64,000 nucleotides of DNA, from assembly GCA_031362985.1 (NCBI GenBank), contig JANLTO010000017.1:15947-79946 (forward strand), in the 5' to 3' direction. The notes below the pieces were generated by a model. It worked only from the letters and a program-made list of their open reading frames with translations, was not told the origin of the DNA and did no database searches. Made by a program: the position numbers and the translations under genes. Positions 9,345-17,631 of this stretch are shown one piece after another. Positions within the stretch are counted from its first letter, which is position 1; each line of letters opens with the position of its first letter. The DNA is from Lysobacterales bacterium. GTDB lineage: Bacteria; Pseudomonadota; Gammaproteobacteria; Xanthomonadales; SZUA-36.

Positions 9345-10862
9345 ATGGACATATCCGTGCTCTCCGCCGCCCAGGAAGGACTTGGCCTGGTGCTGTCCTG
9401 GCCGTATATCCTGTATCCGGTGGCCGGGACCTTGCTGGCGATGGTGTTTTCGGCCAGCCCGGGCTTGAACAGTTCCAGCCTGATGGCCCTGGCCATTCCG
9501 GTGACCTATGCCTGGGATCCACTGGCCGTGATGCTGCTGTTTGGCGCCTTCGTAGGCGGCGCCACCTTCATGGGTTCCATGACCGCCATCCTGTTCAACA
9601 TTCCGGGCAAGGCACAGAACGCGGTAACCTTGCTGGACGGCTATCCCATGACCGAGCAGGGCCGGGCAAAAACCGCTATCGGCTGCGCTGCGACTTCCTC
9701 CGCGCTGGGGTCGACGTTTGGTATTTTCTTCCTGATCGCGCTGATTCCATTGATGCGCCAGGCAGCTGTCGCGCTGGGGCCGCCGGAGTACCTGATGCTG
9801 GCCATCTGGGGGCTGACCATGCTGGCTGCCCTCACCGGGAATTCCCTGCTCAAGGGACTGGCTGCAGCCGGCATCGGTCTGTCGCTGGCGATGATTGGTT
9901 ACGACCCGCGCACGGCTGAATTGCGCCTTACCTTCGGCCTGGATTACCTGCGCGACGGTCTCAGCCTGGTGCCGGTATTCCTCGGGCTGTTCACCCTCGC
10001 CGAGGTGATCGACCTGATCGTCAGCGGTCGTGAAACGGTGTCGGGCCGGCTCAAAGCGCGAGCGCTTGGCGGCAGTGTCAGCGAGGGTGTGCGGTCGGTA
10101 TTCAGGCATTTTGGCCTGTTCCTGCGCAGTTCGATAATTGGCACCGTGATTGGCGCTGTTCCGGGTATTGGTAGCACGGTGGCGGGATTTATCGCCTACG
10201 GCCATGCCAGCCATTCAGCCCGTGACCGTTCACAGTTTGGTCGCGGCGACATCCGCGGAGTGCTGGCGCCGGAGGCCGCGATCGATGCCAAGGACGGGGG
10301 TGCGCTGATCCCGACCCTGGCTCTCGGCATACCTGGCGGTACCGGCACCGCGGTGTTGCTTGGCGCATTAACCCTGCATGGTCTTACACCGGGCCGTGAA
10401 ATGCTTACCACAAACCTGGTGCTGGTGTTCGTACTGATCTGGTCCTTGTTCCTTTCCAACTGGATCACTTCCTTGCTGGGCCTGGCCCTGGTCAACCCGA
10501 TGGCGCGCCTGAGCACCATCCGGACTGCGCGTCTGGTTCCCGTCATCCTGGTGCTGGCTGTGCTGGGGGCATTGCAATACCGGGGCCTGATAGCCGACGT
10601 GATCTGCGCAGCGCTTTTCGGACTGCTCGGTTACCTGATGAAGCGCCTGGACTGGTCACGGATTCCGCTGGTCATCGCCCTCTCCCTGGCGCCCCTGTTC
10701 GAAACCAACCTGCACCTTACCTTGCGGCTGCAGGAGCTTGGACGTATCGATTTCTGGTCGCGACCGGTGGTTCTCGTGCTGGTCGCGCTGACCGTCGTCA
10801 ACCTGATCCTGCCGGCCTTTCCCGGTCGCCTGCGGACCCTGCGTGGGAACCGCCAGCAGTGA
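9345..10862 (+). CDS. tctA: Tripartite tricarboxylate transporter large permease TctA
   Basis: 505-aa polytopic membrane protein. TctA-like N-terminus ...ILYPVAGTLLAMVFSASPGLNSSSLMALAIPVTY...FNIPGKAQNAVTLLDGYPMTEQGRA. Confidence 0.9.
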   Translation: MDISVLSAAQEGLGLVLSWPYILYPVAGTLLAMVFSASPGLNSSSLMALAIPVTYAWDPLAVMLLFGAFVGGATFMGSMTAILFNIPGKAQNAVTLLDGYPMTEQGRAKTAIGCAATSSALGSTFGIFFLIALIPLMRQAAVALGPPEYLMLAIWGLTMLAALTGNSLLKGLAAAGIGLSLAMIGYDPRTAELRLTFGLDYLRDGLSLVPVFLGLFTLAEVIDLIVSGRETVSGRLKARALGGSVSEGVRSVFRHFGLFLRSSIIGTVIGAVPGIGSTVAGFIAYGHASHSARDRSQFGRGDIRGVLAPEAAIDAKDGGALIPTLALGIPGGTGTAVLLGALTLHGLTPGREMLTTNLVLVFVLIWSLFLSNWITSLLGLALVNPMARLSTIRTARLVPVILVLAVLGALQYRGLIADVICAALFGLLGYLMKRLDWSRIPLVIALSLAPLFETNLHLTLRLQELGRIDFWSRPVVLVLVALTVVNLILPAFPGRLRTLRGNRQQ

Positions 10863-11347
10863 CCCCATTCACCAGGAAAACTGGCACAACACCCGCCTTC
10901 CCGCCACACAGTTGGCTGACCTTCGCATTTGCTGCAGGAGTTGCACTGATGCTGTGGGCTTCGTTCGGACTCAGCCGCGCTTCGTCCTGGGTTCCTCAAT
11001 GGGTGCTGGGAATCACCCTGCTTTTGCTCTTGCTGCAGCTGGTGGGTGAGTTGTTGGCTGCGCGCAGTGCCCTGGTACAGACGCAGCCACATGCGGTAGA
11101 CGACCGGCGCGGCCGTATCGTTGCGGCTGCCGCCTGGTTGAGCCTGTTGACGCTGCTTACCTGGCTGATTGGCACAGCTGCGGGCGGTGCATTGTTTTGC
11201 TACGTGTGGCTACGATGGCACGCGGGTGAACGCTGGCCCCTGGCAGTGGGGACTGCAGCCGGCCTGGGTATCGTATTGTGGGTGCTTTTCAGCCTGTTGT
11301 TCGGTGTCGGTCTTTATGCCGGCATTCTTTGGACCTGGTTAAACTGA
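10859..11347 (+). CDS. tctB: Tripartite tricarboxylate transporter small permease TctB-like
   Basis: 162 aa with four hydrophobic helices. Its start overlaps the tctA stop by 4 nt. The family call rests on size, topology and context. Confidence 0.65.
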   Translation: MTPFTRKTGTTPAFPPHSWLTFAFAAGVALMLWASFGLSRASSWVPQWVLGITLLLLLLQLVGELLAARSALVQTQPHAVDDRRGRIVAAAAWLSLLTLLTWLIGTAAGGALFCYVWLRWHAGERWPLAVGTAAGLGIVLWVLFSLLFGVGLYAGILWTWLN

Positions 11348-11485
11348 TTTCCGGGCCCGTGGGCTTTGCCCCGCGATGGTGCCCCACTGGCTTTCAGGCG
11401 CGCCGGGAAAAGCTCGCGATGACCGGCGACGGCCAGGAAAAATATCGGGTCGCGAGTAACCAGCAGTCGAAATTTCAGAATTCGC

Positions 11486-12781
11486 TCACGCTGCGCGGCG
11501 CCCAATCGCTTCGAGCAGGACGCGGCAGATGCGCACCAGCGGCGGCACCGGATCGGAAAACCAGCCGCGGTTGAGAGGACTGGTCACACGCGGGGTGTGG
11601 CCGAAATATTCCGCCTTGAAGGAGCGCAGCAGCTGTGGAATTGAGTCCTCAGTGAAAGGCTTTGCGACACCTGCGCTGCGTTTGAAACGGGTGCGCAGCC
11701 AGGTCTTGCCCTGGTCCAAAATCTGGCCAAGCAGGTGCAGGGCGTCCCACAAGGGATCCAGCAGCAACACGCCTTCGGGAAACGACGGTATCTCACCCGC
11801 ATCCTTACCCTGCGCGAGGCGCAGGAGGATCAGGGGTTCATTGATACCGAGTTCTGTCCGGTACCAGAGGTTGTGACCAAAGCGCGGGTTGATTTCCATC
11901 AGCTTGGGGATACCATCACGCTGATCAACCAGGGTTTGCACGGTCATACCCCCCCAGACGCCAAGCTGCCGCACCAGTGCGTGTACCTCCGCGGCGTATG
12001 GAACGTCGTTCGTGGTCTCAGCGGCGGCGCTGGGGGTGCGCACTCCAACCCGCCGAACCCGATGAACCCGGGGCGAAAACAAGGACACGATTTCAAACTC
12101 GGGACTGACCAGCAGGTAGTAGTTGCGCTTGGTCAGAGCCGGCACGTATTCCTGCAGCAGGGGCCTGGGCTGGATGGCGCTGAGATCTTCGTATGCCGCT
12201 TCGAGTTCTGCCAGGTCACTCGCCCACCGGATGTTCGCGCCGTGTGCATTACAACGCGGTTTGAGCACCCACGGAGACACCATGCCGGCAGCGGCGGCCA
12301 GCACATCCTCACGGCTTGAAACCACGTGGGTCAATGGCATGGGAAAGCCGACCGTTTCGGCGGCTTGCAGGGTCAGGCTCTTGTCCAGGATGCGTGTCAG
12401 CGCAGCATAAGCAGGCACCACCGTGACAATGCCCTGGCTGGCAAAGCGTGCCTTGTTCTTGGCGAAAACAAAAACCTCCGCGTCGTAGGAGGGAAAGATG
12501 GTGTCAATTTCCTCCATGGCACAGATCTCTTCGATGCGCCTGATATAAGCCTCTTCATGCGCTGTGTTTTCTTCTTCGATACGCCCGGCGCGCCAGTCGG
12601 CGGAGCAATCGGGCACGGTATAGCGCTTGCTGACGTGCCGGGACCAGGCAGAAATGCCTGCCCAACGCTGCAACACATTGCCCTGGTCCACCGTGATCAC
12701 GATCCGGTCAGCCACGTGACGCAAACAGCGCAGGATCAGGTAAGGCTGTTCCTCCCGGGTATTGGTGATCAGCACCTTCAT
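11486..12781 (-). CDS. ATP-grasp domain ligase (carboxylate-amine ligase type)
   Basis: 431 aa. Motifs PWVLKPRCNAHGANIRW, LLQEYVP, MEINPRFGHNLWYRTELGINEPL are typical of the ATP-grasp fold. The start overlaps the deacetylase stop (12778-12781). Confidence 0.8.
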   Translation of the reverse strand: MKVLITNTREEQPYLILRCLRHVADRIVITVDQGNVLQRWAGISAWSRHVSKRYTVPDCSADWRAGRIEEENTAHEEAYIRRIEEICAMEEIDTIFPSYDAEVFVFAKNKARFASQGIVTVVPAYAALTRILDKSLTLQAAETVGFPMPLTHVVSSREDVLAAAAGMVSPWVLKPRCNAHGANIRWASDLAELEAAYEDLSAIQPRPLLQEYVPALTKRNYYLLVSPEFEIVSLFSPRVHRVRRVGVRTPSAAAETTNDVPYAAEVHALVRQLGVWGGMTVQTLVDQRDGIPKLMEINPRFGHNLWYRTELGINEPLILLRLAQGKDAGEIPSFPEGVLLLDPLWDALHLLGQILDQGKTWLRTRFKRSAGVAKPFTEDSIPQLLRSFKAEYFGHTPRVTSPLNRGWFSDPVPPLVRICRVLLEAIGRRAA

Positions 12782-13620
12782 GGTTTACCGGCTCTGTCTG
12801 GTATGAAGCCTGCTTTGCCCGCCACCCGTTTTACATCGCGCAGATACTGACGCCACTGCAGCCAGGCTGTAAGCCCGCCATCGAGCAGCTTGAGGAAGCG
12901 CTGCGGCCGTTGCAGGTAATATGCATCAATGCGAGGAAGTTGCAGCATATCCGGTTGCACGGAACAGTGGCCCAGTCGGGCAGTGCAGGCACGCCGGTAA
13001 TACCGGGCGGCAAGGTCGCATACTGCGGCATCACAGTGCCCGTAAGGGTAGGCCAGTGCATCTGCCCGCGCTTGCAGGCGCTGCTCCAGCAATTCCCGGG
13101 ACTGGACCAGTTCCTGCTCAAGCACATCCGGCGATAAGCGGGTCAGGTCAGGATGGTTGAGTGTGTGGGAGCCAATTTCAAAACCTGCACGCACCCAGGC
13201 CTCAGCCTGCTGCCAGTTGAGCAGGTCGCGGTCGAAGTCCGGGTGTACCGCCCGCGCCTGTGAACCACTCATTCCCATCATCCCGGTGACCAGGAATACG
13301 GTGGCGCTGAAGCCCTGCACCGCCAGCACCGGCAGAGCCTGTTCCAACACGCTGAGATAACCGTCGTCGAAGGTCAGAACAATTGCGTTCGGCGGATAGC
13401 AACCGCTGTGATCGAAATGATCAAAAGCCTGTGCCAGGCTGATGCCGACAATACCGTGAGCTGCGAGCGACTCCATTTGCCAGCGGAACACCTGCGGTGA
13501 AATTGAGATAGTAGATGAACAATGATCAATCGCGTGGTAGGTCAGTACCGGCAAGGTGCCATCACTGTTCACTTGCAGCCTTCTCCAGTTCCCTGTTCCA
13601 CTCGGCCCGCACTTCTTCAT
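12778..13620 (-). CDS. Polysaccharide deacetylase (NodB homology domain)
   Basis: Track ORF 12778..13752. Motifs LPVLTYHAIDH, IVLTFDDGYLSV, ATVFLVTG, IGSHTLNHPDL. The longest ORF overlaps the upstream gene by 190 nt. Plausible starts are ATG 13620 or GTG 13572. Confidence 0.8.
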   Translation of the reverse strand: MKKCGPSGTGNWRRLQVNSDGTLPVLTYHAIDHCSSTISISPQVFRWQMESLAAHGIVGISLAQAFDHFDHSGCYPPNAIVLTFDDGYLSVLEQALPVLAVQGFSATVFLVTGMMGMSGSQARAVHPDFDRDLLNWQQAEAWVRAGFEIGSHTLNHPDLTRLSPDVLEQELVQSRELLEQRLQARADALAYPYGHCDAAVCDLAARYYRRACTARLGHCSVQPDMLQLPRIDAYYLQRPQRFLKLLDGGLTAWLQWRQYLRDVKRVAGKAGFIPDRAGKP

Positions 13621-14710
13621 TGTCCAGTTCCAGCTGGTCGCTGAAGCGCAAACCGATGTTCCTGACCAGAGCTGGCGCATTGATTGCCAGGTGACGAGCA
13701 GGTGTCGAGCCGGTGTTAAGGTGCTGGTGATACCAGTAAGTGGGCGGCACAAAAAGCGTGCCGGCTTTCCAGTCCACCCGCACGCGATCGTGATACGCGC
13801 CCTCGGGCCAGGTCACAGAAAAACCTTCACCTGACAGCAGCAGAATGAATGCATCGCTGGAATGCCGGTGCGCCTTCATGAACATCTTCGGCGGGATCTC
13901 CGAGACATGCAGGCTCAGCATGCTGTTGCCGGCCATCAGCCAGCGCATGGTTTCAGTGCCTTCACCGCGATAGTCGTACGGGTGGGTATCAATACTCTGA
14001 ATGTCCTCGACAAAATTGGCTGAGACCGCCCGGTCGCCGGCACTCTTTGTACGCCGGAAGTAGTCGGGTGCGCCATCGTAACGGTCGGAAAAGACGAAGG
14101 GATTTTCGGTGATAAATTCCTCACTGCGTATGACGTTCAACACAAACGGGAAGCTGGTGACCATCAGCATCCGGGCTGGCTGATCCCCTGTGCTGTAATG
14201 CTGATGGCGAACATTCAGGGGCACTGACAACAGGTCCCCCTGGTTCCACGCGACACGCTGCTCCTGTTCGCCTTCCTGTTGCATGATCGTGTAGCCGCTG
14301 CCACTGATGAAGTAGACACCTGTCTCATAAACGTGGCGCTGACTTGCAGTCATTCCCCGGGTCGGAATTTCGAGTACGCGGCCATCGATGATCTGGTAGT
14401 CGGCAAAGCGCAAGTACAGACCAGTGACGCCTTCGCCCATTTGCGGCCAGGGCCGCAACGCGATGGTGGCAACGTCATCGATCTCCAGCCCTTCAAACAT
14501 GGGCACCTCCAGCCGTGCCTGCTTTAACCAGGTTTCATAAGGCGAATCGGTCGGGGGTTCACGAACCACCGTTGGGCCCAGTACTTCCACGCCTTTCACG
14601 TAGGCGAACAACCCGAAAAACGCCCTGCGGGCAAGGCCGGTGTGCAGCAACAGCACCGCGACCAGCACCAATGCACCAAGAGCAGCAAGAATTTTCAGAC
14701 CTTTGGCCAC
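13562..14710 (-). CDS. Membrane-anchored bicupin protein
   Basis: 382 aa with an N-terminal TM helix (ILAALGALVLVAVLLL). Two cupin barrels. The second carries HxH...H metal-type motifs: KAHRHSSDAFILLLSGEG and YWYHQHLNTG. Confidence 0.7.
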   Translation of the reverse strand: MAKGLKILAALGALVLVAVLLLHTGLARRAFFGLFAYVKGVEVLGPTVVREPPTDSPYETWLKQARLEVPMFEGLEIDDVATIALRPWPQMGEGVTGLYLRFADYQIIDGRVLEIPTRGMTASQRHVYETGVYFISGSGYTIMQQEGEQEQRVAWNQGDLLSVPLNVRHQHYSTGDQPARMLMVTSFPFVLNVIRSEEFITENPFVFSDRYDGAPDYFRRTKSAGDRAVSANFVEDIQSIDTHPYDYRGEGTETMRWLMAGNSMLSLHVSEIPPKMFMKAHRHSSDAFILLLSGEGFSVTWPEGAYHDRVRVDWKAGTLFVPPTYWYHQHLNTGSTPARHLAINAPALVRNIGLRFSDQLELDNEEVRAEWNRELEKAASEQ

Positions 14711-14843
14711 AGATTTCGGCGCCTTCGATTCCGGTTCAGTAGGAATTTGCAGCTATGATATCGGCATTCAGGGTAGCCGGCACATGTGCAATGGAACATG
14801 TTGAGTTTGATACGCTCGCCCGGCATCTGCCGCGAAGTCTGCA

Positions 14844-15680
14844 ATGGTAATTGCCAGGAGCTGCCAGCGGGTCAAACGCCTGACCCCTCGCACCGTGGCG
14901 CATGTGCTTTACGGCAGAATAAAACCGCGCAAAGCGCCGCTGCTGGAGGGTCACTTCACCTCGATTTGGGGAAGATGGGCGCATGTGAACTATTACCACT
15001 GGCTGATCGATTGCCTGCCACTGCTTGCGCGCCTGGACGGAATCGCTGACTCGCCGCCGATCACCTTGCTGATGCCCCAATCCATGCCACCCGCCTGGGA
15101 GGACTCCCTCGCCTGTTGCCTGCCTTCCGGCATGGCTGTTCAACGTGCCACCGGCTGGGTACGGCCGCAGCATTTTCTATTCATCTCCCCGGGTCATCTT
15201 GGTTGGGCAGCATGGCTGACACCTGGTGGGCGGGACTACGTGCGCGGCAAAGTATTCGAACGATTCGGACTCGACGCCAACAGGAAACCGAGCCGGCGCA
15301 TTTTTGTTTCGCGCTCCAGGGCGGCAGTGCGGCGTTTGCTCAACGAGGACGAAGCGGGCCATGTGATGGCTAGATTTGGATTTGAAACCGTCCACCTGGA
15401 AGGACTGAGCTTCGAGCAGCAGGTACGGCTGTTTCACGACGCGGAATTCGTCGCCGGGGTACATGGCGCGGCATTTGCCAACCTGCTGTTCGCGGGCCGT
15501 ACGAAAGTACTGGAACTGTTCGCTTGTGATGCATTCAGGCCATTGTATTTTTTCCTGGCTCGTTCCTTGGGTCTGGATCACGAGATTCTGCTGGGCAGCG
15601 GGGAAAACCGCCTGGAAGATTTCAGCATCGCGGTATCTGACCTGGAAAGAACCGTGGAAAAAATGCTTCTCAAGGACTGA
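14844..15680 (+). CDS. Glycosyltransferase family 61 / DUF563 protein
   Basis: 278 aa. The NYYHWLIDCLPLLARL motif is characteristic of DUF563/GT61. C-terminal GVHGAAFANLLF. The N-terminus looks short for the family, so the start is uncertain. Confidence 0.65.
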   Translation: MVIARSCQRVKRLTPRTVAHVLYGRIKPRKAPLLEGHFTSIWGRWAHVNYYHWLIDCLPLLARLDGIADSPPITLLMPQSMPPAWEDSLACCLPSGMAVQRATGWVRPQHFLFISPGHLGWAAWLTPGGRDYVRGKVFERFGLDANRKPSRRIFVSRSRAAVRRLLNEDEAGHVMARFGFETVHLEGLSFEQQVRLFHDAEFVAGVHGAAFANLLFAGRTKVLELFACDAFRPLYFFLARSLGLDHEILLGSGENRLEDFSIAVSDLERTVEKMLLKD

Positions 15681-15757
15681 AGAACTCAGCGGGAGGGCCG
15701 CCTGGTGCCTGGGAATTTTGGTGACCTTGCAGCGTGTTCGTTGTAAGGTTCTGGCTC

Positions 15758-16984
15758 ATGCGATTCTGCCACGTCACCACTTTTTATCCCCCGCACAATT
15801 TTGGTGGCGATGGCATTCTCGTGCAACAGATCTGTGAGGGACTGGCCTCTCATGGCCACGAAGTCGACGTTGTTCACTGCGTGGACGCCTACAACCTCAA
15901 AGGCGCACCGGTGACGCACGCCGTAACGGATCCCCCGGGCCTTCGCCGCCACAGCCTGCGCAGCAGTTGGGGCTTGCTGTCCCCGCTGATCACACAGCAG
16001 ACCGGCCTGCCCGGACTCAAGCAGCGCACGCTCGAACACATTCTGTCAGCCCGCTACGATGTGGTGCATTTTCACAATATTTCCCTGATCGGGGGCCCGG
16101 GTATATTGCGCCTGAGCCGCGCGCCGGTCACTCTGTATACCACCCACGACCATTGGCTGGTGTGTCCTGCGCATGTGCTGTGGAAGTATCGCACTCGGCC
16201 CTGTGAGCGGCCACAGTGTTTCAGTTGCTCCATCGTCAGCGGCATTCCACCGCAACTGTGGCGTTACACGAACTTATTGCAGCGCTGCCTCGAGCATGTT
16301 GACGCGCTACTCGTTCCCAGCACGTTCGCCGCAGAGAAGCACCGCGAGGCCGGCATCAACCGCCCCATGCATGTGCTTAACTCGTTTTCCCGGCTGGCTG
16401 AGGAGTCTGGCGCCGGTGGTGATGGTGCCAACTATCGATCCGCCAAACCCTTGTTTGTTTATGCGGGCCGTTTGGAGTCATCCAAGGGGGTCGAACAGCT
16501 ACTGGAGGCCTTTCGTCACCGCCCCGGCTACGAATTGTTCATCGCCGGGGACGGTGTGCTGGCAGATCGGCTCAGGTCCGCTTATGCGGATTGCCCGCAT
16601 ATCCGCTTCCTTGGCTCCCTGCAGAAAAGCCAACTCGCTGCGCTGCTGCGCGACGCCGATGCGGTGATCAGCCCGGCCTGGGGTCCCGAAGCGTTTCCCT
16701 TGGTGAACATCGAGGCCATGTCCTGCGGCACGCCCGTCATCGCACGGCGCAGCGGTGGCAGCGCGGAGTCCATAGAGCGGACCGGAGGGGGCTTGATCTA
16801 TAACCAACCGGAAGAGTTGCTACCCCTGGTCGACCGCGTTGCCGGCGACCCCGAATTGCGGCGCAGTCTTGCGCAAAGGGCCACGGAGGGCTACTTGAGG
16901 CACTTTTCAGAAACACGCTGGATGCAGCGCTACGTCGAGATTATCAGTGCCATTGCCGCGACGAAAACAGCTGACCATTCCTGA
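15758..16984 (+). CDS. Glycosyltransferase family 4 (GT-B)
   Basis: Track ORF 15734..16984 (GTG). ATG 15758 gives MRFCHVTTFYPPHNFGGDG, typical of GT4. C-terminal E-x7-E region: PAWGPEAFPLVNIEAMSCGTPVIA. Confidence 0.85.
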   Translation: MRFCHVTTFYPPHNFGGDGILVQQICEGLASHGHEVDVVHCVDAYNLKGAPVTHAVTDPPGLRRHSLRSSWGLLSPLITQQTGLPGLKQRTLEHILSARYDVVHFHNISLIGGPGILRLSRAPVTLYTTHDHWLVCPAHVLWKYRTRPCERPQCFSCSIVSGIPPQLWRYTNLLQRCLEHVDALLVPSTFAAEKHREAGINRPMHVLNSFSRLAEESGAGGDGANYRSAKPLFVYAGRLESSKGVEQLLEAFRHRPGYELFIAGDGVLADRLRSAYADCPHIRFLGSLQKSQLAALLRDADAVISPAWGPEAFPLVNIEAMSCGTPVIARRSGGSAESIERTGGGLIYNQPEELLPLVDRVAGDPELRRSLAQRATEGYLRHFSETRWMQRYVEIISAIAATKTADHS

Positions 16985-17009
16985 AAATTTTGCTGTGATC
17001 TGCCTGTGC

Positions 17010-17261
17010 TCACCCGGCCGCAGCAATCAGGCGTAATTTCTCAACGCGCTTGAGCTTCTTGATCTGCACTTCGCGCTGGCAAGCGCTGCTGCGGGTATGC
17101 CCTCCTTCTGCAAAGACGATTTCTTGTGGCTCGCGTCCATTGAAATACTTGGCGCCGCGCGCATGGCCCAGATGCTCGGCGTAGCGTCGTTCGAGGTCAG
17201 TGGTCACCCCGGTATACAGGCTCTCGTCCGCACAGCGGATAATGTAAACCGTCCAGTTCAT
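17010..17261 (-). CDS. GIY-YIG nuclease superfamily small protein (UPF0213/YhbQ-like)
   Basis: Track ORF 17010..17327. ATG 17261 gives MNWTVYIIRCADESLYTGVTTDLERRYAEH...GAKYF...EVQIKKL, a GIY-YIG core. Confidence 0.8.
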   Translation of the reverse strand: MNWTVYIIRCADESLYTGVTTDLERRYAEHLGHARGAKYFNGREPQEIVFAEGGHTRSSACQREVQIKKLKRVEKLRLIAAAG

Positions 17262-17417
17262 GTTTATAGGGTGTCCCAGGCACGCCGCATTTACCAGCGG
17301 CTGAACGCACCTGGCGCAATTGGGCATGCCTGGGTATTTGATTGAATTTATCCAGTTCGCAAGGTATCGTCAGCACATACGTCAATGATCCTGTGGGTTC
17401 CTTTTTTGCAAATTCGT

Positions 17418-17442
17418 TGCCCGGCCCTTGCCGGGCAGTTTT
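17418..17442 (+). terminator. Rho-independent terminator-like hairpin with no obvious upstream + strand gene
   Basis: TGCCCGGC-CCTT-GCCGGGCA (8-bp GC-rich stem, 4-nt loop) followed by GTTTTGTCTT. Confidence 0.5.
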
Positions 17443-17444
17443 GT

Positions 17445-17487
17445 CTTAGGGAAGCTCTGAATCGTTCATCCATGAATGATCAGAGCA
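17445..17487. repeat. 35-bp palindromic element family, copy a (expanded loop)
   Basis: CTTAGGGAAGCTCTGA-ATCGTTCATCCATGAATGA-TCAGAGCAC. The loop contains its own TTCAT-CC-ATGAA hairpin. Confidence 0.7.
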
Positions 17488-17489
17488 CG

Positions 17490-17517
17490 CCAAGCAAAAA
17501 GTATGATTTTTGCTTGG
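17490..17517. other. Perfect 11-bp stem hairpin CCAAGCAAAAA-GTATGA-TTTTTGCTTGG
   Basis: Read directly from the sequence. AT-rich stem, followed by CTTCATTTTC. Confidence 0.6.
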
Positions 17518-17570
17518 CTTCATTTTCAATGATTTACAATCATCGAAAATGGCGGCACATCCCTGTACCG

Positions 17571-17603
17571 CAGAAACTCTGAATAATTCAGAGTTTCCTT
17601 AGC
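17571..17603. repeat. 35-bp palindromic element family, copy b
   Basis: CAGAAACTCTGAAT-A-ATTCAGAGTTTCCTTAGC. Perfect 12-bp arms (17573-17584 / 17586-17597). Lies 35 nt upstream of the permease start. Confidence 0.85.
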
Positions 17604-17631
17604 AACCGGACCGCCTTGAGAGGATTTTCCC

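Noticed and set aside
8940-10214. 424-aa minus-strand ORF, with similar long antisense ORFs at 17761..18600, 25145..26023, 37164..37976, 46209..46970, 50964..52148 and 54376..55059
   Set aside because: All lie antisense to strongly supported genes (tctA, the SLC13 permease, GT genes, gltB, thrA, korB, the korC-like gene). All have the Arg/Gly/Pro/His-rich composition typical of shadow frames in GC-rich DNA.
17010-17327. GIY-YIG gene as a homing endonuclease or mobile-element marker splitting the two glycan modules
   Set aside because: It is only about 83 aa, the UPF0213/YhbQ-type minimal domain. It has no associated intron, intein, DNA-binding extension or flanking repeats. I treat it as a housekeeping small nuclease.
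17454-17486. ATCGTTCATCC in element copy a resembles the 5' conserved segment of the glutamine (glnA RNA) riboswitch
   Set aside because: The other conserved blocks (GGACGGAAGUAGG, GAAGGAACGC) are absent. The match is explained by the internal TTCAT-CC-ATGAA hairpin.
17573-17597. The TGAATAATTCA core of the palindromic element as an ArgR ARG box (ArgR is one of the known regulators of gltBDF in E. coli)
   Set aside because: The ARG box needs TGAAT-N4-ATTCA. Here the half-sites are 1 nt apart in copy b. The other copies read TGAATAAATCA, so the symmetry is in CTCTGA/TCAGAG rather than TGAAT/ATTCA.
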